A stretch of DNA of 64,000 nt from Candidatus Levyibacteriota bacterium (lineage in GTDB: Bacteria; Patescibacteriota; Microgenomatia; Levybacterales; UBA12049): positions 6,188 to 70,187 of the forward strand of contig PLZJ01000002.1 in NCBI GenBank assembly GCA_003152105.1, given 5' to 3'. Made by a program: the position numbers and the translations under genes. The notes beneath the pieces are model-generated. The model saw only the letters and a program-made list of their open reading frames with translations. It did no database searches and was not told where the DNA came from. Within the stretch, counting starts at the first letter, position 1. The number at the start of each line of letters is the position of its first letter. This document shows positions 31,201 through 39,209 of the stretch, in pieces.

Positions 31201-33631
31201 TGTTATAAATGCAATTGGAGACTCAGGAAGTCTTATTCCAAATTCTGGATTTGAATCTGCTCTTGCGGGAACATCATCGGCAAGCACAGTATATTTTGCA
31301 GATGGTTGGGCAATAGCAGCAACAATGTCTGCCAATACAATCCCGCAAACAACACGAGATACGAGTACTTCCGCTAAAGGTCAAGCTTCAGCTAAGATAA
31401 ACTTTAATGGTGGTTTAGCAGAACAAACTGCCATTTATTCTGATTGCGTACCTTTAGCGCTAGCATCTGGAACCGGCTCATATAATTTATATTATTATGC
31501 TAAATATTCCTCTAACATTCCTACTGTACGCTCATATATTGATGGATATACGTCAAAAGCAAATTGTCAAGGCGATATAAGTCCGACAATAGGCGGGATG
31601 GGTTCTCCTACTTTAACTACTTCGTGGGCAAACTACGGAACTGCAAACATTTCAGGCTTAGGTGCAAATATTACATGGGGACGTGTTCATTTCTTTATTG
31701 CTTCAACAAATCCAGGTGGAGCAGCTTGGATAGACGGCGTAAGGCTCATAGAATCTGATACTTCTCATGGTGTTGACTATGCTGAAAATTACCCTGCAAA
31801 TCCAAGCAATATTCCTCAACCAGGAGATGTGGTTACTATCCTACCATTAAATGGTGTAACTGTTGTTCAACCCTCTACGACATATCAAGATTCCTCAACA
31901 ATTGGAGTTGTTTCAACGCAACCAGGAGAAGTGCTTGACGATGGGCAAATGCCTAGTCCAAAAGTTCCAATTGCCCTATCAGGACGAATACCAGTCAAGG
32001 TATCTACTAAATATGGCTCTATACATGTTGGAGATTATGTAACCTCTTCTGAAATACCTGGAGTAGCTGTTAAATCTACAAGACCAGGGATTGTAATTGG
32101 AACTGCAATGGAAGATGATACCGATCCTAATCCAGATGATATAAATAGCATAGTAGTATTTACACATGTAGGTTATGAAAATCCTATGCCACAAATTGCA
32201 AGCATCAATGATCTTTCTATTACTGCAAATGATAATTCTGTTGATAATTCACTTGCCTATATTATTAAAGACGCCACAGGCAATACTATTGATTATATAG
32301 ATGCATTTTCTTCTGCAGCGATTGGGGTATTAAAAGCTGGCTCAATCCAAGCAACAGATATAGCAACAAACACCCTTTCAATCAATGGTCAATCCATAAA
32401 AGATTATATCCTTTCAGTTGTACAAAATGCTGGACTTAACAACGGCACTCTTATATCACCTATTGCATCAGTGAATGAGATTCATACTAATTTAATTTCC
32501 CCGCTTTCAGAAAATGGAAATGTTGAAATAGCTTTAGGAAATAACACAGTTTCAGTTCAAAATAAAACAACTGGAAAAACAGTTGCATCTATTGATGATA
32601 ATGGAAATGCAACATTCTCAGGTACGATTCGAGCAAAACGAATTATTGCAGATGAAATAGTTGGATTAAATAACAGTACAGAGTCTGCAAGTTATATTAC
32701 TCAAAACGTTTCAAATATTACAAATGTTTATAATAGTACGCCTTCTGCAAGTTCAAACATTATCTCTCCAGTAAGTTCAGGAAGCGGACAGATTGCTTCA
32801 AATGTAGATACCCTATCTTCAAGTAATTTACAAACGAGTAATATTGATATTGCATCATATTCATCAGAGCTTCAATCTGTTAATAATCTACAAGAAACTA
32901 CTGGCAGCTTTACTGACGGTTTAATCGCTTTTGGCCCATCTAGCTTCACGGATGTTTCAGTTGCAGGAAAGTTCTCTGTTGATAGAAGTTTAACTATTGG
33001 GAGCAACTCAATAAATGTCATTGGAAACGATTTACAGCTTCAACCCCTACAACAAGGCGGCGTATCCATTGAAGGAGGATTAGTTTACATTGATGCTTCT
33101 GGAAACATGCGAGTGAATGGAAATACCGAATTTGCACAAAATGTGACAGTAAAAGGAACTTTAGCCGCAGGAATTATAAGCCCATTAGCAAATCAAAATT
33201 TGAATGTTGAGCTTCCTGGCAACAATAATTTTAATGTACAAACAGCTACAGGAAGTAGTGTATTACAAATAAATGGTAAAGGAGATATTAATTCATCTGG
33301 AAGTGGGAATTTTGCGGATGTATTAGCTAATGAATTTAACATTATTAGAAGTGCACAAGCAGATACTTCAAATACTCAAACAGTAGCAAGTGGTTCCGCA
33401 GGAACAGCAACAATTGTAAAGGGTCAAACTGAAAGAACAATTATAACACCCTATGTAAAAGCAAATTCATTGATTTATATTACTCCAACTTCAGATACAC
33501 AAGGAGTCATTCCTTATGTTGCTCGCCAAACAACAAATGATCCAGATAATAATAACAAGAGCTCATTTACTATTCAAATTTCTACACCAACATCAAAAAA
33601 TATAAATGTTAATTGGTGGATTGTAAATTAA
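22277..33631 (+). CDS. Giant (3784 aa) membrane-anchored fibre/adhesin with two N-terminal integrase SAM-like (core-binding) domains, Gly-rich tract, LamG, CBM-like domain and Peptidase_G2/IMC-like domain
   Basis: aa 1-210: two S..T(V/I)KNY..D..QF.KW ... T/S..R.LSSLRK(F/Y) units. TM near aa 385-407. RILSFQGILTDANG domain; many GNVGIGT repeats; YYKFDENSG...LDEFAVWGRSLT (LamG); LIPNSGFES; DYAENY...GDVV...IGVVST.PG...IALSGRIPVKV. Confidence 0.85.
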   Translation: MEFIKSFIDFLIEHKSSKATVKNYRADISQFVKWYEATYKTTFSPNDVTNQIIASYKTVRLSSDSNNTLSQKTIERHLSSLRKFFSYLLSENITTSNPFAASEEKQIEKDIWHIQAFKNFLYVNNSSNLTIKNYIIDVRQFLKWVEEVVQAQEAWIVTDQNIFTYINKNLIEEYRSRLIESSGFSPTSVNRKLSSLRKYISWAVDNGIVANIEEDPISNNLVKDDVLKNISENINDNKYITNKHFDEVIANQTSAYSSIPPIRLIQRAFKLLDLAFVFFLIIPTAKAFKLSKYNFWKFKGKEVFTSQTPISPKLDSINKLNRIQNNVSNRLLNLRKQNPNIKKIFYAPLSVSTKYMPFHKKLLFHLRYTRPKWYKKYHSYSITHYFHFAILIIFASTVAFITYQHFFQSKGNQAEAVAQTTIPRILSFQGILTDANGNPIATTKQIRFELYNDPSATGSGKELWEEVRTVTPDQNGIFAVNLGINGVSTGNCASFPPPGPATGACTIPVSVFTQNSNVYLGVTIGSDIELTPRQQIAAVGFAANSESLQGLIPTTDTGSISSLSLGNYYEVLATDGNGNVTLGGSTLTTIQETGGGLRLIGNPLILTTANGGNLQLSTDTKGLIDVQKPLTNTTTNGNARINGTGNVTDTGAVEVDGLFATLATSSGQSAVTIDQQSTGPVLSASVSGQAVFTIDNSGNLTNSGNITTSGSGAGLTFSGGSTHNISASGGTLQLGAITLNGAIAGGGQNITGLGTINGLGITANTGVITTGTWNANPISTQYGGTGQNWSSAAQGSIPYFSSTGGMGLIGVGSSAQCLIGGTTPTWSSCSSASSNYWQLDATGKVLSQINSYDLTVGSSPATGSSTSSAAFQVFALSKGNTPAGTISSAGNLQVAGIASSSALAVGYGINQVTANNLVVSGNVGIGTNTPAALLDIEGTTGAPNANQVLKIIGGTGVGGGSGLAGGTGAIASISAGNGGAGGSNASGNGGFGGNGGGQLILAGSGGTGGNSTLANQSGGFGGQGGTLGFVTGNGGNGGSDTAGSGAATSNGGNGGNGGDFNLILGTGGQGGSSHGSSSTIGLGGNGGSVYLQAGTGGTAGAAGNGINNDGLGGNITIAGGTGGSSTLGTFGNGGKVYIYGGLAGSGSVGNVVLAQTSAGVNQGNVGIGQANPTSILDIGTVNPTIQADSSNTNLALSTNGTGSLFIDTTAAGNIKIASNAALLSLGNSTHLTTLLGNNIYNPNITGAGNTGGVFYDANNQGSLAVTAAGSNGNCLLSGGAGAPTWGSCGSAGGSYWQLNSNVVSPVQNYFDLSVGGTATASAPFQVFASRNPLTFTPAGTISTLGNIQVAGVASSSALAVGYGQNQVQSGSGNAVFSGNVGVGTNTTSNAQLTDQLSSYTLLNSLQVYYKFDENSGTIANDATGNGNTATLNGANIWTSSGKINSGLQLDGSTNYVSTNYVGPLGSNARSVNIWFKGWTTTERTIWNYGGAGTAGALDFEEGIGGNGNSIGFRTGGGAYGYWTTSLTNDGLWHMLTVTYAAGGLENTIKLYLDGVQQNSLTDNFGGNTVNTTSGVLTMGDITGTGISGLDEFAVWGRSLTSAEVTQLYNSGSGKQYSFTSLLQLLSNSGSVLSSFNGAGSLGIGTIAQNALDVFGSAAFGSYAGNQYAPTNGLIISGNVGIGTSSPSGQLQVFGSSNNPTASISANSAYTGLLVDNSGGTSAQGSIFTASTSGITKFTVNNNGLILVGTNSTTNPGTLSVYGTIQSNGIANGGTDFLALGLPSTPTGLPQYLGNWQSTQAWALGPISNSSTDKTVYLGIASNTTGTWNGASYANLSVGGNVAVGYHYPSFTGIASLIVNQQTGGADLITASASGTTKFNVDNNGDITIAAGSYIDTNAGGTLSIGTNNATTLNLATNTNVTALSIGNGSSVDKIFGSGITTNQNSVLYLGAANQLGAATTGSSNLCLVSGANTPTWTACSGVSSNYWIQTNGIGVANGGYTALGNTTTDLLIGGTSTASAEFAVLNVAPGLTPVASVSAGSSGTGTTENSGISLSANGTIQTVGRTTLTVGGNTTGDIFFNPGGVGLGNSLSIDVGGNVGIGMNNGNVPNAPLQIRTAIPDVSNGTDINITGTMSSLTNGQYGARITPQLGISSNPASNLFEYGAENSPSFNMANTGVTFSKVFLVGSDANNFLSGNGILGTSIGFQTETTLNNDTTRVTNAIGLNVEGIVKNCLTCVVGNSTGIDIFDQSGLATNTANLVINTSGTVPTGNYSIYNASSLQNYFAGNLGLGTVSPTAQLQVVGTNSPTASISANSAFTGLVVDNKGGTANLGDIFTASASGLARFTIANNGNLTLNGSTYTTNNNSVLYTNGSGNLLAATTGSSNLCLVSGVSAPTWTACSGVSSNYWIQTNGIGVAGGGYTALGNTTTDLLIGGTSTASAKFAVLNVAPGGTPVASVSAGTSSSGTTENSGIALSANGSIQSVGKTTLTIGGNTTGDISLNPGNNGAGTLYLASTGNIGIGTTAPTAQLQVGGGLSSPGNITVSSISANTNQAGLIVDNGGGLNNAGAIFTASAAGMSRFTIANSGNLTLNASTYTANNINVLYSNSSGNVLAASTSTGNLCLTSNSGGTAAAWGNCSSASSNYWQLSGNVLSPGLLSDDLVIGGSSTSSAAFQVFSGKKTYGAITEPAGTASSSGDLSFGAANGTTQNLNILNGNSFQIRTSPGGPEGLLATPALYVKNNGNVGIGTVAPASKLEVNGDISSKNTSVQGYVYAYDTSGSHYVRMYNDGTNGYVSLSDGATLGISSNTYVFTQTQQYFRAQGNTFTNYVGLQDTDATGGKLTTSFANLNINTDMTTVVNTTGTNVSDIFAASSSATTRFVINSNGNVGIGTSQPGAQLQIVGTNAPTASISANSAYAGLVIDNKGGTNNGGDLFTASSAGQTRFRIANTGAALFQGDTLTSIGNGAQYNGSNAVINAIGDSGSLIPNSGFESALAGTSSASTVYFADGWAIAATMSANTIPQTTRDTSTSAKGQASAKINFNGGLAEQTAIYSDCVPLALASGTGSYNLYYYAKYSSNIPTVRSYIDGYTSKANCQGDISPTIGGMGSPTLTTSWANYGTANISGLGANITWGRVHFFIASTNPGGAAWIDGVRLIESDTSHGVDYAENYPANPSNIPQPGDVVTILPLNGVTVVQPSTTYQDSSTIGVVSTQPGEVLDDGQMPSPKVPIALSGRIPVKVSTKYGSIHVGDYVTSSEIPGVAVKSTRPGIVIGTAMEDDTDPNPDDINSIVVFTHVGYENPMPQIASINDLSITANDNSVDNSLAYIIKDATGNTIDYIDAFSSAAIGVLKAGSIQATDIATNTLSINGQSIKDYILSVVQNAGLNNGTLISPIASVNEIHTNLISPLSENGNVEIALGNNTVSVQNKTTGKTVASIDDNGNATFSGTIRAKRIIADEIVGLNNSTESASYITQNVSNITNVYNSTPSASSNIISPVSSGSGQIASNVDTLSSSNLQTSNIDIASYSSELQSVNNLQETTGSFTDGLIAFGPSSFTDVSVAGKFSVDRSLTIGSNSINVIGNDLQLQPLQQGGVSIEGGLVYIDASGNMRVNGNTEFAQNVTVKGTLAAGIISPLANQNLNVELPGNNNFNVQTATGSSVLQINGKGDINSSGSGNFADVLANEFNIIRSAQADTSNTQTVASGSAGTATIVKGQTERTIITPYVKANSLIYITPTSDTQGVIPYVARQTTNDPDNNNKSSFTIQISTPTSKNINVNWWIVN

Positions 33632-33746
33632 TATAGATACATCACACTGCAAACTAAATATTATGCAATAATTAGCTTTAATTTAAATAAAAAAGTATCA
33701 ATTATATTGCTACTTTCGGGATAAAATACTAAAGAATAATTATCCC

Positions 33747-33775
33747 TTGACATTATACATTTAGCTTGGTATTGT
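33747..33775 (+). promoter_or_regulatory. sigma70-type promoter
   Basis: TTGACA-17-TATTGT with an extended TG, about 20 nt before ATG 33795. Confidence 0.6.
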
Positions 33776-33794
33776 TGAACATACAAATACAAAT

Positions 33795-35966
33795 ATGACT
33801 GAATCAAAAAACTCTTCATCAAAATTTTTTGAGAATCTATCTTTAATATTGCTTGGAATTTTATTCATATTTTTCCCGATTGTTTTCTCTTCATTAACCA
33901 CAGATACGTTTGGCCTGCCTAAACAAATACTCCTTGGTATTATTGCACTTAGCACCCTTATTTTCTTAGGCATTCGAATGATCACAGAGGGTGAAATTAA
34001 ACTTAGAAATACACCATTTGATATACCAATACTTATTTTTGGCTTAGTAGTGCTTGTATCGGCTATTTTTTCGATTGACAGATCCGATGCTCTCACGTCA
34101 TTCGTGCCACTACTTTTTGCTATTCTGATGTATTTTGTTATAGTAAATACAGCAAAATCAGAAGGCAATGTATTATTTCTACTTGCCACTTCAGTTCTTG
34201 GTGGCTGCATAGTATCAGTATTGCAAGTGCTTACTTATTTCAATATCTATGTATTACCAATGCAATATACGCACGTTAGAGTATTTACTCCACTAGGATC
34301 TTTGCTAGATCAAGCTCTTTATCTTGGTTTATTATTACCAATGGTTGGTTATTTAGCGTATGCTACTGCCCAACCTATACTCAATAAAGCAAGGAATTCA
34401 TCTTCATCTAATTCAGTTGCCAGATTTGCTGGATTTATAATTGCAACAATAATTTTACTTTTTGGTTTTGTTATCACAATATATGAACTTATAACTGTTC
34501 AGCAGCCATTAATATTACCTTTTGACACTGGTTTTCAAACTGGTTTTGCAGCAATATCTCAAGATACTGGTAGAATTGCTCAAAGCTTTCTCTTAGGAAG
34601 CGGCTACGGCACATTTCTAATTGATTTTTCAAGATTTAAAGCTGCGGCATATAATAATAATCCAAATCTTTGGGCTTTTACGTTCTTTAGATCTTCAAGC
34701 TTCATATTAGAACTACTTGCAACAACTGGAGTTCTGGGCTTGCTTTCATATTTATTCTTATCTTTTAAGATTATTAAAGACAAACCAAATAGAAAAGAAG
34801 GTGGTTTTGGAGTATTTCTTTCAGTAATAGTCGCATTAATATTATCATTAATACTACCATTCTCTTTTATCATTACCACTTTGCTTTTTATATTGCTTGG
34901 TTTATTTGCTTCTATTCAGGGACTTGCTCATCCAGAACGAGTTTATGATTTGTCACTTAAGTTAAGAGGCGTTATGACAGGAGGAAAAGTATTTCAATCC
35001 TCTCAAGAACGTTCCTTTGATAGAGCTCTCCCAGTAATATTTTTAATCCCTATAATAATAATTGTTGCTGGAGTTGGATATTTTAGTTATCAATATTCAC
35101 TTTCAGACATTACCTTCCAAAAGTCATTAGTTGCAGCGCAACAAAACAATGGACTTCTTACTTATAATTTACAAAATAACGCAATCAATATGTTCCCCTA
35201 CAGAGATGCATACTATCGAATATTTTCTCAAACAAATTTATCCTTAGCTAATTCATTAGCATTGCAACAACCAAGAGGTAAAAAAGTTCCTACGCAAACA
35301 CAACAAACGATATATACGCTTGTTCAGCAATCTATAAACGCTGGACGGTCTGCAGTAGCATTATCTCCCGCAAATACTCTAGATTGGCAAAATTTATCAT
35401 CAGTATATCGTGCATTAATTGGATTTGGTACAAATGCAGAAAACTTCTCTATAGCTGCGAATCAACAAGCAATTGCTCTAGATTCAAATAACCCTCAGGA
35501 ATATATTAATCTTGGAGGTATATACTATCAATTATCTCAATGGGATCAAGCTATTAATGAATTTTCTATTGCGGTAAACTTAAAACCTGATTATGCAAAT
35601 GCACATTATAATCTTGGACACGCTTTAGAACAAAAAGGAGACTTACCTGATGCACTCGCTCAATATAAAATTGTTGCGCAACTAGTTGCAAATAATCCAA
35701 CAAATGTAAAAACTATCAACAGTGACATTGCAGCATTACAAGCAAAGCAAGTTGCCGCTACAAAAACACCAACGATTCAATCAAAAACACCTAATCAACC
35801 AGCGCTAGGAATTAATAATTCACAAGCACAATTACCAGCAAGAAATCCAAAAGCGACTATTCCTGGACCTGGCGTATCACCTCAACCTACAAAAGAGATC
35901 CCTACTCCTACTGGTGCAACACAAACATCTCCTACAACCACGGTGAGCCCAACACCAGGATCTTAA
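33795..35966 (+). CDS. O-antigen ligase/O-oligosaccharyltransferase-like polytopic membrane protein with TPR repeats and Pro/Thr-rich tail
   Basis: More than 10 TMs; LLGSGYGTF and ELLATTGVLG (Wzy_C-like); TPR segment YINLGGIYY...AVNLKPDYANAHYNLG. Confidence 0.75.
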   Translation: MTESKNSSSKFFENLSLILLGILFIFFPIVFSSLTTDTFGLPKQILLGIIALSTLIFLGIRMITEGEIKLRNTPFDIPILIFGLVVLVSAIFSIDRSDALTSFVPLLFAILMYFVIVNTAKSEGNVLFLLATSVLGGCIVSVLQVLTYFNIYVLPMQYTHVRVFTPLGSLLDQALYLGLLLPMVGYLAYATAQPILNKARNSSSSNSVARFAGFIIATIILLFGFVITIYELITVQQPLILPFDTGFQTGFAAISQDTGRIAQSFLLGSGYGTFLIDFSRFKAAAYNNNPNLWAFTFFRSSSFILELLATTGVLGLLSYLFLSFKIIKDKPNRKEGGFGVFLSVIVALILSLILPFSFIITTLLFILLGLFASIQGLAHPERVYDLSLKLRGVMTGGKVFQSSQERSFDRALPVIFLIPIIIIVAGVGYFSYQYSLSDITFQKSLVAAQQNNGLLTYNLQNNAINMFPYRDAYYRIFSQTNLSLANSLALQQPRGKKVPTQTQQTIYTLVQQSINAGRSAVALSPANTLDWQNLSSVYRALIGFGTNAENFSIAANQQAIALDSNNPQEYINLGGIYYQLSQWDQAINEFSIAVNLKPDYANAHYNLGHALEQKGDLPDALAQYKIVAQLVANNPTNVKTINSDIAALQAKQVAATKTPTIQSKTPNQPALGINNSQAQLPARNPKATIPGPGVSPQPTKEIPTPTGATQTSPTTTVSPTPGS

Positions 35967-36100
35967 TCATCACAACCTAAGGATATCAATACATCTCTCA
36001 ATATATCTTTCTAATAGAGGTTAAACGTAGTGTGATTTTATTAATCACCAACTCTGTAGTTTCTATGGTAGTAACTATAAGTATTAATGACTGAAAAATG

Positions 36101-36171
36101 TGGACCCGAGGGGAATCGAACCCCTATCTTCTCCATGCCATGGAGACATTTTACCACTGAACTACGGGCCC
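36101..36171 (-). tRNA. tRNA-Ala(GGC)
   Basis: Reverse complement GGGCCCG...TCTCC ATGGCAT GGAGA...GGTTCGATTCC...CGGGTCC A; G3:U70 identity pair. Confidence 0.93.
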
Positions 36172-36204
36172 TTATTGTAATTAATTCCTAAGAATAACGT
36201 TTTG

Positions 36205-36277
36205 TGGACCTGAGCGGATTCGAACCGCCGATCTCCGCAATGCGAATGCGGCGCATTACCAACTGTGCTACAGGCCC
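36205..36277 (-). tRNA. tRNA-Ala(CGC)
   Basis: Reverse complement GGGCCTG...CCGCA TTCGCAT TGCGG...GGTTCGAATCC...CAGGTCC A; G3:U70 identity pair. Confidence 0.93.
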
Positions 36278-36307
36278 AACTATTTAGCGTTTATTATAGC
36301 TTAAATG

Positions 36308-37507
36308 TTAATGTGTTCCCACATAACCAATTGGATCTACAAATACGCCGTTTCTTATAATCTCAAAATGGGTATGAGGACCAGTAGTTCTACCAGTTAA
36401 TCCCACCCACCCTACAACTGTTTGCCCACCAACTACTGATTGGCCAACTGACACATTTACTGCTTCCATGTGAGCATAATGAGTTTTGTAGCCATCTCCA
36501 TCATCTATATATACATTTGTACCATATCCTTCGTCATATCCTCCCACATGTACTATAGAAACGGTTCCAGAGTGTGCAGCATATATTGGAGTACCTATTG
36601 GAGCAGTAATATCATCTGCCTGGTGATACCAGCTAAAATATTGAGATATTCCAGTATTTGTAGGTAGCGGGAAGAACCAACCTCCTGCTGCAGCAGGCAC
36701 TTGCCCGTTATATGTTGAATCCTGCTGTTGCGTGGCAATATACGTGGGCACTTCGCTTGGCTTTACGCCATTTGGAACTATGATAATTTCGCCATCTACA
36801 AGGGTAAATGTTTCTGGATTGGCAAATTCGTTAAAAGGAAAATCGACAATTCCTTGCGGATCTGTGCCATACTTCTTAGCTATTGTATAAACAGTGTCTC
36901 CAGATTCAACTTTATGCGCTATTCCAGTTACAGGTAAAATTTTTAAATCATCTCCTGGGTTAATATTGTCATCTGATAAGTTATTTTCCCATCGTATGGT
37001 ATCTTCAGATATATTAAACTTCTTAGCAATAGTTGAAATTGTATCTCCATTTTGAACTGTATACGTAATGATTTGATCTCTTGGCTTTTGAGAAATGTTT
37101 GTAGCAAAAACATTATCACCTACTGCTATTGATTGCTGATCTGCCTGAGCACTTCCAATTTTTGGCACTGAAAAACTACTTTTTGAGAAGATTGGAAATG
37201 TGTCTGCAAGCATTGGACCAATTATTAATCCTAGCCCTAAAACTACCATGGTAGCTAAATGTAAAAAAGGACGGTTATACCGTCCACGTTTTGTTTTAAA
37301 CAAACGCATAAAAATATTTTTTTGTGATTCAAAATATAGGAATAAAGTAGTAATTTTTTTCTTCAAATAATAAAAGAGAAATCCAAAAAATGCGCCTAAT
37401 TCTTTATTGACGCGTCCAATATGACGAGGTAATAATGGGATTCTGCGAGCTCGCATGAGTTCATTTAGGATACCAAATCTCAGATTATTAGTCAAATATT
37501 TAGGCAC
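36308..37507 (-). CDS. LysM + M23 family peptidoglycan endopeptidase (start may be ATG 37456)
   Basis: TM, two LysM domains (YTVQNGDTISTIAKKF; HKVESGDTVYTIAKKY), HQADD, YAH, TGRTTGPHTHFE. Confidence 0.92.
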   Translation of the reverse strand: MPKYLTNNLRFGILNELMRARRIPLLPRHIGRVNKELGAFFGFLFYYLKKKITTLFLYFESQKNIFMRLFKTKRGRYNRPFLHLATMVVLGLGLIIGPMLADTFPIFSKSSFSVPKIGSAQADQQSIAVGDNVFATNISQKPRDQIITYTVQNGDTISTIAKKFNISEDTIRWENNLSDDNINPGDDLKILPVTGIAHKVESGDTVYTIAKKYGTDPQGIVDFPFNEFANPETFTLVDGEIIIVPNGVKPSEVPTYIATQQQDSTYNGQVPAAAGGWFFPLPTNTGISQYFSWYHQADDITAPIGTPIYAAHSGTVSIVHVGGYDEGYGTNVYIDDGDGYKTHYAHMEAVNVSVGQSVVGGQTVVGWVGLTGRTTGPHTHFEIIRNGVFVDPIGYVGTH

Positions 37508-37549
37508 TAAGGGTGGCTAATTGCTGTCTAGGATATACATGAAGATGCG

Positions 37550-38869
37550 TTATCCTTTTCCGAGAGTTTCTAAAAATGCTTCATTAGTATCTGTTTTAGA
37601 GAGCCTATCAATTAACATTTCTGTGCGCTCATCTGAAGACAACATGTCTAACATTCTTCTCATGGTAACTACTTTTTTGTATGTTGGCTCATCAAATAAT
37701 CTCTCTTCTCCTCGGGTTCCAGAACGTTGTGCATTAATGGAAGGGAAAATTCTTCGTTCTGCAAGAGATCGATCTAAATGAAGTTCCATATTTCCAGTCC
37801 CTTTAAATTCTTCATAAATTAAATCATCCATTCTGCTTCCCGTCTCTACTAAAGCTGTTCCAATAATAGTTAAACTTCCACCTTCCTGGCAATTTCTAGC
37901 TGCTCCAAAGAAACGCTTAGCAGGCCATAAAGCCGCAGGATCAAAACCTCCTGACAATGTTCTACCACTTGGTGCAACAGATAGATTATATGCTCTTGCT
38001 AGTCGCGTTACTGAATCAAGTAGAATAACAACGTCTATTCCTTGCTCTACAAGTCGCTTTGCTCTTTCAAGTGTAATCTCTGCAACTCGAGTCTGATTCT
38101 CAGGTGGTTCGTCAAAATTTGAAGCTACAACATCTCCTTTTACGGACATTGAGATATCAGTTACTTCCTCTGGACGCTCACCAATTAAAGCTGCCATCAG
38201 ATGAACTTTTGGAAAGTTCTGCGCGATTCCTGCAGCTATTTCTTTTAGAATTGTTGTCTTACCTGCTTTTGGAGGTGACACAATTAACCCTCTTTGACCA
38301 AACCCAATTGGCGAGACAAGATCTATCATTCGAGTTGATAATGGCACTTTTCCTGTACCTAAAATAATTTGTTTTGTTGGATAAATAGCTGTTAAATCAT
38401 CAAAGTGCGGTCTTCGTAGAGCTTCTTCAGCTGTTGCGCCATTAATTTTTTCAACCTTTAATAGGCCAAAATAACGCTCTGTGTCTTTTGGAGGTCTGGC
38501 TACGCCTTCAACTAAATCTCCAGCTCGAAGCATAAATCTTCGTATTTGGGTTTGAGCTATATAAACATCTCTAGAAGAAGGGATGAATTTTGGTCGCAAA
38601 AAACCATGACCTTCAGGCTGAATATCAAGAATTCCTGAAACTTCTTCTGTTGGAACATTCATATCTCGCTCCATAGGTCTATGACCTCTATTGTTATATG
38701 GTTGGTGATAACTTTGTTGGATTATTGGTTCTCTTATTGGTTCACGAGGACTCGAGTCATCAAATATTGGTTTTGATTTTTCTACCACAACACTTGCCTG
38801 CTCTGATTGATCCTGAGGGCTTCCGACAATATCTTGAATAGATTGAGTACGTAATTTTTTTGTAGGCAT
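37550..38869 (-). CDS. rho: Transcription termination factor Rho
   Basis: GHGFLR, PIGFGQRGLIVSPPKAGKT, LLDSVTRLARAYN, EEFKGTGNME. Confidence 0.98.
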   Translation of the reverse strand: MPTKKLRTQSIQDIVGSPQDQSEQASVVVEKSKPIFDDSSPREPIREPIIQQSYHQPYNNRGHRPMERDMNVPTEEVSGILDIQPEGHGFLRPKFIPSSRDVYIAQTQIRRFMLRAGDLVEGVARPPKDTERYFGLLKVEKINGATAEEALRRPHFDDLTAIYPTKQIILGTGKVPLSTRMIDLVSPIGFGQRGLIVSPPKAGKTTILKEIAAGIAQNFPKVHLMAALIGERPEEVTDISMSVKGDVVASNFDEPPENQTRVAEITLERAKRLVEQGIDVVILLDSVTRLARAYNLSVAPSGRTLSGGFDPAALWPAKRFFGAARNCQEGGSLTIIGTALVETGSRMDDLIYEEFKGTGNMELHLDRSLAERRIFPSINAQRSGTRGEERLFDEPTYKKVVTMRRMLDMLSSDERTEMLIDRLSKTDTNEAFLETLGKG

Positions 38870-39093
38870 ACAGTAAGTGAAATAAGCGATTAGTTGCGTA
38901 ACATGTCTTTTAGGGAATTAGTTCGAAGCAAATAAACTAGCTGTATTACACCATACTATCTAATGCTTGTCAAGAAGTAATTTAGCAATTCTTTTTATTC
39001 CTTTAAAGTGCATTATTATTGAATCTAAAAATATTACTTACATAATACGATATTTCAGAGTAATTATTTTATAATTAGCCTTAGATGAAGAGC

Positions 39094-39122
39094 TTGAAAT
39101 TCTTAAAATACGGTGTTACAAT
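39094..39122 (+). promoter_or_regulatory. sigma70-type promoter
   Basis: TTGAAA-17-TACAAT with an extended TG. Confidence 0.65.
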
Positions 39123-39135
39123 ACCTAATTACAAC

Positions 39136-39177
39136 AACTGCCTGTTGCTAAATCGGTTAGCAATGTGGCAGTTTTTT
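39136..39177 (+). terminator. Terminator-like hairpin plus U-tract in a 5' leader
   Basis: AACTGCC-TGTTGCTAA-ATCGG-TTAGCAATG-TGGCAGTT-TTTT, lying between the promoter and ATG 39210. Confidence 0.6.
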
Positions 39178-39209
39178 ACAATAAATAACTGTATTTTTAT
39201 ATATATTTT

